From: Raillietiella orientalis
Taxonomy: Eukaryota
Length of the DNA: 64,000 nucleotides
Direction: 5' to 3'
Assembly (NCBI GenBank): GCA_036172245.1
Contig: JAYWIR010000037.1
Coordinates: forward strand, 1,550,001 to 1,614,000
Position 1 is the stretch's first letter, and each line of letters opens with the position of its first letter. The notes under the pieces are model-generated. The model had not been told where the DNA came from, did no database searches, and was given only the letters and a program-made list of their open reading frames with translations. The translations under genes and the position numbers were made by a program. Below, in pieces: positions 39,975-52,600 of this stretch.

Positions 39975-42721
39975 GGAATGCACAAGAGACAGCAGCTGTT
40001 TACCTACCCAAACACTGTCTATTGTATTCCTGTGGCTACTTTTCACCTGCTAGCGACGAAGCATCTACGGCGCGTAGTAAGACAGTGTGACTCCCAGATG
40101 TACTCGGATGCGCCTTCTTACCAAGACTATGCTACAGAGCTACTGGAAGCGACCACATGCAGACTAACAGTGGAGGCTTCTAGTCGGTTTCATGGACTCT
40201 TCACGATAAGCGAGGTCGTTGTCGCTATCGGAGGACTGGAAAGCGGAACTGAGACGACTGCCGACGGGCTACCCTCAGAGTTGTACAGAATTGTGGTAGA
40301 AATGATCCCCTGGAACGCATGCACAAATCAACGCGGCTGACTCGGGAGACAGTACCTGACTCCTTCAGATCAGCCAGGTTATGACTCGTACCAAAAATGA
40401 AAGACCTGCGCTTCCGTAGCAACTGGCGCCCCACCACGATGGTGAACACCGACGTGAAGCTGCACTCCAAGTTGTGGAGCGTGCGAATAGAGGAGTTGGA
40501 GGATTCAATAATCATCCAGGAGCAGACCTATGCGACTCCATATCAAGGTGCGGATGCCAACGGGGGCTCCACGACCACATCCAATTCAGGTTGCAAGAAG
40601 AGGACACGGCTGCTTCAAAAACAGCGCGAGGACTGGGGGAAGCCGACACGGGGTTTCACCCGGGAAAGATGCGCAAGCTGTCTCCGTCGATCTTCAAAAG
40701 GCTCTCGAGTGAGTCAATTGGAACTGGACTTAAGCTGCTGGACGATTTCCCTACCCAGATACTCGCGCTTGCTTTGACGCAAGGTGAAGACTTCGATGTC
40801 TCTCAGCGTCCTGCCCACCGAAGGCATCCAGGTCAGACGAGAAATCCGAAATGAAGGCAGCCCGACTCTCCAGTCTGTTCTTTGACGCGATGATGAACGC
40901 GTACCGGCACGACTGAGCTTGTCTCCCGTGCAGCTCCAATGACATCCCGCAGTGGCCTACGCAGACGAAGTCCTCCTCCTGTAAGCGACACTGACGTCAG
41001 CAAACACGCTCGAGATGCCCTTTGGGCTGACTCTCAGCAGTGCAGGCGGACAAGCAGAATTCGAAAATCGTGAGTTTGGAATGAGTGATGCGTGCGGACT
41101 GCTCTTCCCTAAGAATTTTCGTGGGAGAGCCTCGAGCTTACTTGGGGACACCCATGCATTCGTTCTTTCCAGAAGTGCGGTGCGTCTACTTGGCAAAGGC
41201 ACAAGGTTCCCCGATCCCCTTTCGCCACAGCAAACTGCTGCTTTTGCCACAGCAAAACTCCGACAGGGTAGCAGTGTGAAACATCTTTGTCGCTCCCCTT
41301 TCACGGCACCTTTTTTTTGAGCATCCCGGAGTCTGTTGGACACGTTCTCAAGTACCCAGTCCGACGAGGCAAACTTCGTAGGGCTCTACCAGAGGTAGAA
41401 GGTTACTGAAAAGCTTGGTTCCCTCTCAACAAGACGGGGTCCAGAACTCATTCTCCACCAAACGGATGCAGGTGAGAGCACCGTTCAGGCGGTTGGCCCT
41501 CGTGGAGAGGCTGTGGAGCACTCTCTGGTGTCTCCTCTCCTTCGCTCATTCCCCTGATGGATGCAGGAAATAGCTCAAGATTTGCATCCATCCTGTTTTG
41601 CAGCCGCAGGCGAGGTCAACCCGGCTGAGTTCCTGAAGGAAAAACACGAGTGAACATTCTGTCCCCCACTGAGAAGGAATGCTCGGTGGCAGGAATTCAT
41701 GGTAGATGCGGGTGGAAAATTCGATCCTCCCGAACAGTAGAATCATCAGCCTTCTAGGGTAACCCACTTTCAGGGATACTGGAGGATGTCATCCTACTCT
41801 CCAGATCTCAACATTTATCGCCGAGATCACCATGCCTCCATCACTTCATCGTTGATGACGAGCAAGAAAATGCTCCTGTAGCGTGAGAGATGACCTGTCA
41901 TATCGCCGGAGCCAACAATCCAGTGGCCAGTGGGGATTTTCTTACCTAGCGAACGAGGACACTTTGAAAGTTGCAGTCCGAGGCTCTCAAAGTTGGATGG
42001 AATCCCTTAGGATTCCCCGGGACAACTGGCCGACGCCTACGTCTTCCCACTCTGGTACCAACAATCTGCCATCTTGTTGGGGCACTGGACCCTTCGCAGA
42101 AACAGGGGACGCCAACACTCGTCAGTGGGAAGATGCTCAAGGAATACCTCAATTTAAGACGGGAGAAATGTTCTTGCACGTACTTGCGGGTGCTTCAGGG
42201 ATGTTAGCGCATCGGTGAATCCACGTTAGATCCACGTTGCCTCCTCTGAGGACATATTTAAAGATATGTTGTCATCTGCAGAATTGCCAATCTCTTTGTC
42301 GCTGACGATGCTGGTGAGCAAAGGTGACCTCAAAACTCGAGGAAGGAGGAATCAGGCCGGCATCCTGGCAAGCCATTGACAATCTCCACCGCCTCCTACA
42401 AGAAAAAGGCGATGGAATGGCCCGATCTGCAAAATAAGGTACGAGGGAGCTTCGAAGAGCAAGGCAAAACCCAAAACCGGTGAGCTCACCCTACCTACCT
42501 CATTCCGTCCCTTACCTAACCGACTCAGGCCTTAGGGAATCAAGTGGAATATAATGAGGCAGGTCCTTCGCATTCCCTATTTATTTATCTATTTATTGTT
42601 CCCTCTTCTCCATCTTCAGTCCTTCCTAGTTCCTGTCTCCTGCAAGGGTCATTTCGGTCTCTGAATGCTTGCTTTTATTTATTTATTTATCTGAAATAAA
42701 TGGGCCGACTCTCCTGGATGA
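39975..42721 (+). mobile_element. L1/Tx1-like LINE, 5'-truncated, degenerate RT domain to 3' end
   Basis: TADGLPSELY near 40260; LVPKMKDLRFRSNWRPTTMVNTDVKLHSK at 40385-40470; VSVDLQKA near 40685; LSSLFFDAMMN near 40870; VAYADEV at 40952-40972; LVERLWSTLW near 41500. 3' UTR has (ttta)n and aaataaa...ggatga. Confidence 0.85.
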
Positions 42722-43230
42722 GGTCACGACGGGCGTTCATTTACAATTAATTAACAAACAATTTGGGGACGCAGTTCTCGAAACAAAAACAAAGGAAGCT
42801 CAAAGGGAGGGTTCACCGACACGCAGGTCGGTTACTGGGGAAGTCCAGGGCAATAAATAAATAAATAATGGAAAAGTGGAGAAAAGAGTTCTTGGTACGG
42901 AAGGCTCCTTCTGGATCAGCACTCCCGCAGAATGACGGTGATCTCCGACTTGACTTTCTCCTGCAGGTGAGGACGCCTCACAACCGTCCTCAAGCCGGAC
43001 TCCTTGCGTGTGACTTGCCTTTGCTCGCACCCGAGACTCCAGCACGTGGCGGACTGTGAGGATGGCGCCGATTCTACGGATCCTTTCAACGATGGCGTCT
43101 GCTGCGTGTCCAACGCGCGCCAGGAATCGCCACGGCAGATCTTTGGTGGTGTCTTCCGAAAGTGGGTGCGCTAAAGATAGTCTCCTCTGCTTGCGGGAAA
43201 AAGTGAAAGGAAGGAACAAGCGCAAATGTA
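42722..43230 (-). mobile_element. L1/Tx1-like family 3' end (ORF2 C-terminus plus 3' UTR)
   Basis: RRLSLAHPLSEDTTKDLPWRFLARVGHAADAIVERIRRIGAILTVRHV aligns with RKLATALLYEEDTVRDVLQRFFAPKVLSMDAVIATMSCIRAIIGARQV (931-1206). The UTR motif ctgcgtgtcggtgaaccc matches about 36055. Confidence 0.8.
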
Positions 43231-43689
43231 AAGCATCCAGATGCAGCAGCTTTCAATGTTCCCAATGGAAAGAATGAGTTTCCTTCTTCTTCACGAGCTA
43301 CTTGTTCAGACCGAAGTTTCCTGTAAAAAGATTAATGAGTTCCGAAATCAAAACTCATTAATCTTTAAGTGTCATAGTGGGAAAATTGAATGATTCAACA
43401 ATGGATGCGTCCACTGTGGATCGCCTTCTAGTGTCCAAGTGTACGCATTGTTTCTATTGAACACCCTTTTTTAAATTGCAAGGAACTGGAACTGGAACTG
43501 GAGCTTTCTGTAACTGGAGCTTTCAGCATTTCACCCTCGTTTTTAAATGGGCTTCTTAGGTGCTGCTTTCTTGCTGCTGCCATTTTGGCAAATAATCATA
43601 TGAGATGAGCTTTGCTTCCTTCTCTAATGATGGAGCTCACTGTTCTGAGCTTCATCACTAGCACAGAGTTGCGACAGCAGCGCTGCTGA

Positions 43690-44120
43690 CGTTACATTGG
43701 GCACACCCATTCAACACACTTCGCCCCTACTGGACGAGGGAGAGCATCGGTCCCAGCTGCGTCGGGTGCGGGCAGAAAGAGAATTTTTTCCATCTACCCT
43801 AACGTGTGCTGCCTTGAGAGCACTGTAGGAATGTTTCTCTACTTCTTCGTTCCTTCCTTCTCCAACGGACAACCCTGAAAACTGTTTAAGGAACCTCTTT
43901 GTGCCTCCGGCGCAGCAGCGGTGTACTGTCCACACGGAGCCTTCCCCTCCATAAACGACGCCAAGAGTGGGCGACATGTCAGGGAGTCATCCTCTCCACC
44001 AACTGGTTCCTGAAGATCTCGACGTGGTGGAACCACGTACTGAGCCACCAAGAAGAGCTCACCAGCACCCTGCAAAGGATGATTGTTATCGTGTTTGATG
44101 TCTTTTCTGATCCCTTATCC
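43690..44120 (+). mobile_element. Possible internal L1/Tx1-like ORF2 fragment
   Basis: CLRNLFVPP resembles RLKNLYAPR, and FLKISTWWNHV resembles EKFWTTYW. Weak. Confidence 0.3.
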
Positions 44121-44889
44121 CAATTCCGTGATGTGGACGTCGGCGTCGGCTCACAAAAGGGATGTCCGGACACGGTGTCACATAGTCCCACCTACTCCTG
44201 TTTGTGCAACCGGATATACAATTACAACAGTGTTTCAGGAATTACTTCCGTTTCGTCATCCCTGCATGAATCGTCTAAATAGAACGCGAGCCATACTGAA
44301 GAACGGAGTTCCTTCTCATAAAAACTGAGTAAAAAAGAAGCTGAATTTTTGGAAAGTGTCTGATTTTGCACTTGGAAGAAAAATTATGTGCGCATTATTG
44401 GGAAAAATTAGCTGATGTAATAAAGGATGGTCAGAATAAAGCAACATTACAGGACATTTGCTAAAATTAGGAAACCACTGGAGCTTCCATGCTCGATTAG
44501 AGGACAACAGCGGCTGAATAATGCAACACAGCCTCAATAAAAACTTCATTCTTTGATAAACAAAAAACAGGCCTTCCTAGTCGATTAATATGAAGCAGAG
44601 CATGTAGGATAGTTGCTCAGACAACATGAGAGCGTCATTAGGAAAACTGTGATACCAAGAAAACTGCAGCTAAGGCTTCCTACGCAACCAGGATACTTAC
44701 AGATCTCTGAGAAATGATTATGTTGGAGCGATATCGACGATTTCGTGGCTATGTAAAGGAAACAGAAGGGTGACTCAATGCAATATTCATATTTGGGTCA
44801 TTGATTGAGGCAAATTTCTTTTTTAAACACCTAGCAGTCTTCAGATGTGTTTCGGTTTCCCAAAAGAATGGCGGAAAATGGTTAGTGTA

Positions 44890-45536
44890 CGAGGACCATT
44901 TCAAAAGTAATGGCCGATAGGATATAAAGGAAGAAAAAATAAGAGAAACAAGGATGTATTATTAGCTCTAAATGAATCCGTGGACAGCAGTGTGTGGGAC
45001 AAAAACGGTGTGCTTTTGGTGGACTTTCTGGATCCTGGAACAACCGTCACTTTGCAAGTCTGCTGTGAAACATTTTCCAAACTGCGGCAGGCCATTCAGA
45101 ACCGACGACGTGGAATGCTGAGATCAGGAATGGTTGGTTGTTCTCCTCCACGACAACGCGCGCCTTGGCAACAACACATGCTGTCCGCACATTCCAGAGG
45201 GATTCGGAAATTCAAATGGGGACTTTTCAATATCACCCATTCTTACAGTCCCGCCCGGTGACTACCACGTCTTCCTTCTTGCATCTCCAGAAGTGGCTCA
45301 ACGACTCGAGGAAAGTGAAGAAGAGTGGAAAACTGCAGTCCGGCTGAACTCCCAGAAGGCAGAATTTTCAAAAAGGCTTTTTCCACGGTGTCAAAGGTGT
45401 TTGGAATGGAATGGTGGCTGCGCAGAAAAATGACATGGGGATGGATGGATGTGTTTAGAACCACCAATGCATTTTTGCTCCTCCTATTTGCTTCTTCTTT
45501 ATATCCTATTCGCTCTTACTTTTGAAGGGCGTCTCG
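44890..45536 (+). mobile_element. Internally deleted mariner (Tc1/mariner) element with transposase C-terminal remnant
   Basis: VWDKNGVLLVDFL..GTTV, LRQAIQNRRRGML, VLLHDNAR, YSP, DYHVF, QRCLE.NGG..EK*. Inverted termini cgaggaccatttcaaaagtaa / ttacttttgaagggcgtctcg, with TA on the left and CA (probably mutated TA) on the right. Confidence 0.92.
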
Positions 45537-47519
45537 CACTAAAGTGGGATATTAGAAACGTTCTCAAAAACGCGAGGCTAACACAAATTCAGAATCTAAA
45601 TACATCACTCAGTATATCTGCAAAATACTTCCTGAACTTCCCGTTTCAGCATGTAAACCGCAAGATATGATTACCTGATACTCCGCTTTTAGAAAAGGCA
45701 GCGATTTATAAGCCTTTTCATCTCGCAGCTAAAAAATCACGTTATGTGAAAAATTCTTGCATGATCTACTAATCAATCACTCTACGCTCAGTAAAAAATC
45801 CAAATTGTAAAAACGATTTCATTACTACCTACTAGCCTCCTGCCTTCTTCAAGATGTCCATTGGGTTCTTAAGGGGTAGCACAAGGTGTCGCATTTTCGG
45901 TATCCATGCCAATTTCGTTTAAGAGGCTCACCTTCCTCAGTTGCCACAAAGCAGATGATCGCTTGATAAGCAAACTTTTCACATGTTAAAGAGAAGAATG
46001 TTGAAAGAAGAGTAGTAAGGGAACAGTACTGAATTACCAGTAGAATCAACATCTGCGTCAACTAAGGTGAACAGTAAGGTGAGCTACAAGTCAGACTTAA
46101 ATATGGTTGGCATGCATCTCGTATTTACATTCGATAGTCGATGAGCTATAAGCAGAGGCATTTGGCGATCGAGAGCCTGTTATAAGTCCTATGATCGAAC
46201 GGTTGAAATCATGGTTTAGTGTGTTTGTAATTGTATCTAATGGCGTCACAGCTACGAAACAAACAGCCTGGAGGGATAAACGAGTTGGAGAAATATGTGG
46301 TACCTAGACGGGATGGATGTTAACGAAGCTCGTCTTCGGAATCACTGTAAATAAACCTCGGAGAATAAGCAGGAAAAGTCAAGAATTAGTTTAGACAAGA
46401 GCTTCACTTTTGACGAAATTTGGAATTAGAAAGCTGGTCGCAAAAAGGTATTTTTCTCCGATTCTCCTACCAAGACGGAAGTTTCCGATGAACATGCCAG
46501 ACGTGAGATAAACAGGACGGTCTCGTCAATCTCGCATGTCCTTTTGTAAAGAAAATGACTCCTAAAGGGAGTGCATGCTATGTAAAATCGGTTCTTTGAG
46601 TGAGGTCGCAGACAGCGAACTTCAAGTACGAAATGAGCCAATTTCAGCTCTCACGGTGGAGCCCATCTCTAAGATTCTTTTCTGAAACCGATCCTTTTTA
46701 TCTTAGGGAAATTTGCAAAAGAAAGAAAATGGGAGCAAACTAAAGGAAAATGAAGGCTTATTTTAAGGAATTGGACGACCGATTTACTTTCAACTTGTTT
46801 CCGTCTTACCTGTTTCTCTGCTGTTACTCAGTCTCTCTTAAGTCCATGGGCTTTGTGTGGAGTCCATGCTACCAACCTACTCATATAAGAAACTGAACTT
46901 GAGCAGCAGTTTCAAAGCATGCGGAAGGATCGGCTTAGTCATTCTAAAGCCAGGTAGAAACTCGGGAGTTTCATAACATCCTGCTTTATGCGCGCAGTAA
47001 GAGAACGGGACTATTCGAAAGAACCTGTGCTTCTCTACAGCGAATGGTATCCTTCCTGTCTTCCGCCTGCAGGCTTTGCCAAAGGGCAGAGAAGAGTACG
47101 AGAGCAGTAGAAGCGCAGAGAATCTCCTGCTGACGATTTTTACGGTGGTAATGCATCTTTCGGAGGAGGACAAACTTATCTCCCAGATGTGTTAGAGGAC
47201 ACCTCCTGGCAAGGACTGTGCTAGGCACCTCCTCGAAGATACGACGGCGGACTTAACTCACCCTCCACAATCCGCGAAATAGTGGGAAGGCTGCCGGGAC
47301 AGCTCAAAAGCGACTCCGCACTTTGTGTGGGCAGACCTCTTGCCGAGTGCAAGAACTGGCATCTCTAGTGTACAAAGCATCACTGCATAGTCTGGAGACA
47401 AGTCACGGTACTGCTTGCCTCCAGAACAGTCAGCCTGTCTCATGGTGTACCATGTGCTTGTAGATGTATACGTAGATCTATATGTGATCGCTGTGAGCAT
47501 TCATACGTACCAATAGGTC

Positions 47520-48560
47520 AGGCAGAGAAAAGGGAGGGAGGAAGCCTTAACCACAAAGCCCGCGTCGGAGGTTTTGTGGTTAAGGCTTCCGAGCGTGGCA
47601 CCATGCATCGCGGGTTCGAATACTCCGGCAGAAACTGACGCCACTGCGTCGTTGGGTTCCGAGTTTCCCCTGCAATGGCACTGATTGGCCGAGACATTCG
47701 GGCGTGACCCCGGCGGTGGATAAAGCCGGCGTCCTCCCGATGAAGGCTGGCACAATGGGACTCGACCTTCGGGTCCTCCCAGGAATAAAGGAGTGGGGAG
47801 TTCCCCCTTCGGTGTGCAACGGAGAGTGGATCCCCGTCACCGGGGGACCGCCTCCGGTTTCAAGATGGAGCAGAAGCCTTCACAGGCACCTCTCCAGTTA
47901 TTCAAGGGAGCGGACCCCCTTTTGTGGGGGTCCCTCCGAGTCATCGCCTCTTCACAGAGTGTGCACAAGGAAGCAAGCGAGAGCGATTCCCTGCGGGAAG
48001 CTGCAGCGCTTCTTCTGAGTTTCGGAAGCGTCCCTTCGGGGTTCTTTTCAGAGGAGCGAACAGGAGCAGTTCCCTTGCGGGTTCCCTCAGGAGAAGAAAT
48101 TCCTACTAGCGGATCCTTTCCGCGTTCCCTTTGGAGAAGTTGAAATGGAGAGGACATCCCCTCCCCATTGGGGGGGGGGGATGTCCCTCCGGAAAGAATG
48201 AGGAAGGAGATTCTCCTTCGGAGACAACCAGGATGGGAGGCGCAATCCCCCAACTAGGGGGATCCCTTCCCAAGCGTGAGAGGAACGGACTCCGAGCCCT
48301 TCCTGGATTCATAGGGCGGACCTCCATCCCGGGGTGCCCCCTATCCTGAAGAATTACACGAGCTTCTGCGGGGTTGTTGCAAGGGGGAGGCGTGGAAACA
48401 AAACAGTGTGTTTAAAAGAGCCTCGTGCGCCGCGAGGCACGCGACCGGTTCTGAGGTACTTAGCGAACCAAAAAAAAGAAAACTTAAAAAAAGAAAAAGC
48501 TGGAAGGAAAACAGCGAAGACAGAAGAAAAAGAAGAACCCAACGATTTCCATCGTCCTAG
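47520..48560 (-). repeat. Unit A, copy 2
   Basis: Same order of landmarks as 3090-3875: hairpin, cgtggcacc..ggttcgaat, gggtcctcccaggaat, cccttcgg repeats, gagacaaccagg, gcgaaccaaaaaaa, ttccatcgtc. Confidence 0.8.
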
Positions 48561-48599
48561 GCTTTTAAAAAAGGGTGGGAAAGTAGGAGGCAGACCCAG

Positions 48600-50500
48600 C
48601 TTGCATTCGAGTTGCCCACACCTGCGCCTCTACGTTGATCGTATTCAAAGGCTTTCAAGCCAGGGCGATTATACAGAGTGATCGTGATGAAGTTCCTGTG
48701 TATCTGGATGCTGATGCAAAGTATTTGGCAGTTGGAATCGGTTTGTTGGAATTAGATGGCATTAAGCAGCATGTGGCATCAAGAACTCGCGTATGATATC
48801 GAGTCATCTGCAGCTGGTTATCCACAACGATGTTGTCCTGGGTAACCATCGTTCGACATCCAGACTGCGCCTTTGCCCAAGAAAACGGAGAGGAAAGCTT
48901 GGAAGGCAGCCTACTAGGAAGACAACACGCGCTAACTCTTTGACTGATGTCCCATCACCCTTCTGAACACGAACTTCAAGTTTCCGTGGAATATGTGAGG
49001 CAAATGACAGAGCCTTCAAAAGATTTCCACAGTGCTAAGTCAAAGTACGCACACTGACCTGCTCCATCAACTGCCCGCGCTTGCCTCAGACTGGAACAGG
49101 AGGAAGCTGTGGCTGCTTCCAAAAGAAACGAGAGCTTAGTCATGGATTGACTTGGGATGCTAATCAATGACGGAGCATCCGGAGTAGCTATCGGCTTTGG
49201 ATCTGCAGCTCCTTCTTACGACGTTGGAAGGCTGGAACTGCCAGAAACCTTTGCCACATATTTGATCTCGTTGTAGCGAAAAGTGTTAATCTGTCTTCTT
49301 CAACGACCTGATCACCCACTGCATTGGAGTCAAGTGAAGCATCAGACATGTCTTATACTTTCCTGCATGATCGTTAAACTGGTGCTAAAGTCGTACAGGC
49401 ATGCTCCGGTCTGCCTCCATCAACTGCAGTGGCACCCCTAGGCTAGAGCAATTGCTTGACGGCGCTTCTGAATTGCGAAGTCGCGTCCAAAGACCTCTCT
49501 TGAGGCTTGCCAAGCTGGATCGAGTTTCTCAGAATTCTCGGCAAACAACAAGAGATCCCAGGATTTCTGATCAATTCCCCTCCGTCCTTCCTCTTCAATA
49601 TTAGCACACTCTCATCTCCCTAGTACATTGAGAACTCCTTCAAAGTATGGAAGGCCACCATGTCTCAGTAAAGAAAGTGCCCAAGGGATCCATACATCGC
49701 CGAATAGTGGAAACCTTCTCGCACTTGCTGTTGGTATCCATCAAGATGGATGTGTATCTGAGGGTCGCTGCACCACTCGGATGAGGCATCAGAGGAACGA
49801 CTAGTGAGAAAAGTTCATTCCGAGCTTTCCAGCTGTTTTCTGGCTGAAGCTTTCCTGCAAGTGGGATCATCGGATAATCTCTAAAATGAAGGAGTGTGTT
49901 TCCACTGCAGGAATCCAGTACTCATTCCCATCGCCTTCTTGTGATCGCCTCCAGTAAAATGGTCCAAACGGAGATATGAAATGCAGAGGAACCGCAGATT
50001 GTGATCAGAATAGCTCTCAACCAGTGACAGCAATCATTCTTTTCTTCAGGTCCAGCGGCCAATGGTCTTCGGTTCTTACTATTCGTCTCTTTTAGAAGGA
50101 CTTTCTTTTGGATTTAGCGAACAAGACATTATCCCTGAAGGGTCGTACCAAAAGGTTCGAAGCCAAGTTAGTCATTTTCTTAGCCCATTATGCACTTTTT
50201 TTGATTTCATTATTGTCTCCTCCCGATTGTATCTGAGATTTCGTTCCCTGGCCCAACTGTGGTGCGTTCTCTTGTTCCGTTGTTGGGGGTATCTTGTTAC
50301 CATATGACTTGTTTTTCCCGATAGATGAACGTTCCGGAGTGACTGTGTGCAAGACAGAAGCTTCGGGAAATCGTGTTCGTCTTAATGAGACTGTTTTATG
50401 CCACCTCCTTTTTATTTCTCATCTCTTCCTTCATTCTGTTCCTGATTCTGTCACCAGTGAGGTTGTTCTTGCTCGTTTCAGGCTGGCACACGTCTGACCC
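48600..50500 (-). mobile_element. Degenerate R4/Dong-like non-LTR element (RT to CCHC region)
   Basis: Minus strand in order: LDLKK near 50045, TGFLQ (GI.QG-like) near 49910, MIPL near 49865, GMNF near 49815, TRYHTRV (RH..V-like) near 48795. Confidence 0.45.
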
Positions 50501-50889
50501 TTTCCCGTCGGAAAGTTTATTATGTTTACTCAAATTAAATGGACTGCAGTCGGGATTGTGGAATTTACCGCAGGACGCTTGTTTATCAAAAGTGAACATG
50601 TGAAAGCTCCATGGTAGCTGCGTAGCAACGCTTAGTAGAACAATATTCATGAACTTGGAGCTTCCTATTCGTTGAATTTTATTGGTGCCCTTCAACTGAA
50701 TATTCAATTTTATGAACTACTGTCTATTAAATGGAGTGTCGTGAGGCATTGCCGCTGGCAACATTCAGCAAAGAGGATATCCTGGGAGCATCCCTTTCTT
50801 TTCCTAACAGTGGACGCGCGCTACTGCATCCACTATGAGATACCTCTGAAGAATCAAACGATAGCATAATTATGTGCTTTGCTTCATTG

Positions 50890-52364
50890 GAATCCTCAGG
50901 GATATACATGGACGTGCTTTCGACCGGGAGTCAACCCATGTATCCCTGATAAGCGAGGAAGGAAATGCTGCGTGAGGCAAATTCAGGCAGCATTGCCGAC
51001 ACCGGACGGTCATTGTGGTCTTCACCTCCTGAGGAGACATGCGCACTGGAGTGCGAACGAATTACCAGGAAGGTGCAGAGCATAGCCAGGCTGGGAGCGT
51101 GTGGAGTGGAGGAACCCTCGTGCAGGAAGTGTACGGGGAAGGTCTCTGGGCGGGGCTAAATCCGAGAGAATTTCAGACCGCCTTGAACTTCGAGGAAACA
51201 AGCTGGGATGTCAGAGTTTTCCACAATTATCCCAGCGGATTGACGAAATACGCCAAGTCAGTGGGATCAAATCGCCGTGCGAGTGATCCATAACGAAGCT
51301 GGTTTACCAGATGAAGAGCAGTGTGATGCTAAGGTCTTATCGGATCAACACGAAAAGAACAATGAGGGTTATTCTCAGATTCGAGGAAGTACAGCATCTC
51401 ATCCCGTTCTCTTTTGCAGAAGAGCATGTCGGGGTGTGTGTGAATGTGCGTCCCAAATAAATCTTTTGTTTTCCGGAGTCATATTGCCCAACTGGGAGGA
51501 TGCTGGCGTTCCTGGTTGACCGTAGGCGCTTTAAGAATGGAGAGACTATCTGTGACCTATAAAAAATTGGAAGCTCCTCTTCCTGGTGAGAACGGAATCC
51601 CGCATGCCAGACTAAAAATCTGTTGGTCCAGATCGCACGACTCATCACACTCATCTTTAGTATATATCTATGGAAGAAGATCTCCCAGATTTATAAAACC
51701 ATGCCACTTCCTAAATCGTCTCCTTGCTGCTGTCATCTTCAGATGGAGGATAAAATCCTACGAACTTCACGCAGAATGTCTCCCCCTCGAACACGGTGCA
51801 AATGGTTGCTTGACAGCGAAGTTGTCTATTCTCTGCAGAAAGGATTCCTCGACTTCGATGGAACAACCGACAGAGTGAAACCCTTTCTTGCAATCCAGGC
51901 TGCATAACTCAAAAGGAGCAGCAGTCCGGGACATTTGCCCAGCCTTGCACTTTCATTGACATTGTGATAGCAATTTTTTCATGCGTCCGCGGCAGCTTCT
52001 CGTCCCGGTACTCTCTGGAGCTGACCAGAGGCAGCCAGAAGCTGTCTGCATTGCTATGGTTTTCCTGAAAAATGCATGCAGGTGGTCTCATCTGAAACCG
52101 GAATTCAGCAGGGAGATCACTAGCATCGCAAGGATTTAGAAGAGAAGGAGCAATACTGGTGTCTCCAGCCTCACGTACCTGTTATTTCATCTCCCTACTC
52201 CCTCAATGCTGCCAATTGTTTCTTCTTTGCGGGTCGGAGTCCCCTTCACAGTTGAACTTCCTTTTGTTTTTTTCTTCTTTGGATCACAAAAAACTGTGTT
52301 CCTTGTTTCTCGTAGTTTTATTTTTTTTTATTAAAATAAACCCCCCGGCTCAAGTTGGTGAAAA
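50890..52364 (+). mobile_element. Diverged L1/Tx1-like 3' fragment
   Basis: Decayed knuckle-like region at about 51600-51680 (..LIFSIYLWKK). Pyrimidine-rich UTR ending aaaataaaccccccggctcaagttggtgaaaa, which matches the family's terminal motif. Confidence 0.5.
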
Positions 52365-52600
52365 GTCCTGCACGTGCAGTGAGCCCGACGGTGCTGCACG
52401 AACTTCTTCACGTCTCAATGAAGGAAAACGGCAGGGGTGGACGGTGTGGATCGATAATCCGGGAATTATACTCAGATTCCTTCCTCGCAGTGCAACCCGA
52501 TTCTCACCCTACAAACAGCACGCAAAGATTCAGGGATGTCGAGCAAGGGTGCTCTTTAATAGTCCATGTCATCGATCTGGACACCGGCAATGGATAGACA
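52365..52600 (+). mobile_element. Short non-LTR RT fragment
   Basis: VLHELL..M...G....IIRELYSDS...RDVEQGCSL corresponds to the RT segment leading to the GV.QG.PLS motif. Confidence 0.6.

Noticed and set aside
43482..43526. (ggaact)n and other short tandem duplications (also near 9486, 37123 and 62787)
   Set aside because: Ordinary slippage products. No regular repeat-spacer structure, so not a CRISPR array.
44830..44862. Hammerhead-like cores (gaaac, ctgaaga) on the minus strand, and other ctgatga hits
   Set aside because: Spacing is too short, and I could not build stems I-III at this or the other sites inspected.
47563..47630. Functional tRNA gene
   Set aside because: The 3' strand of the T-stem is missing, there is no proper anticodon stem, and the D-loop-like bases are part of a long hairpin arm.
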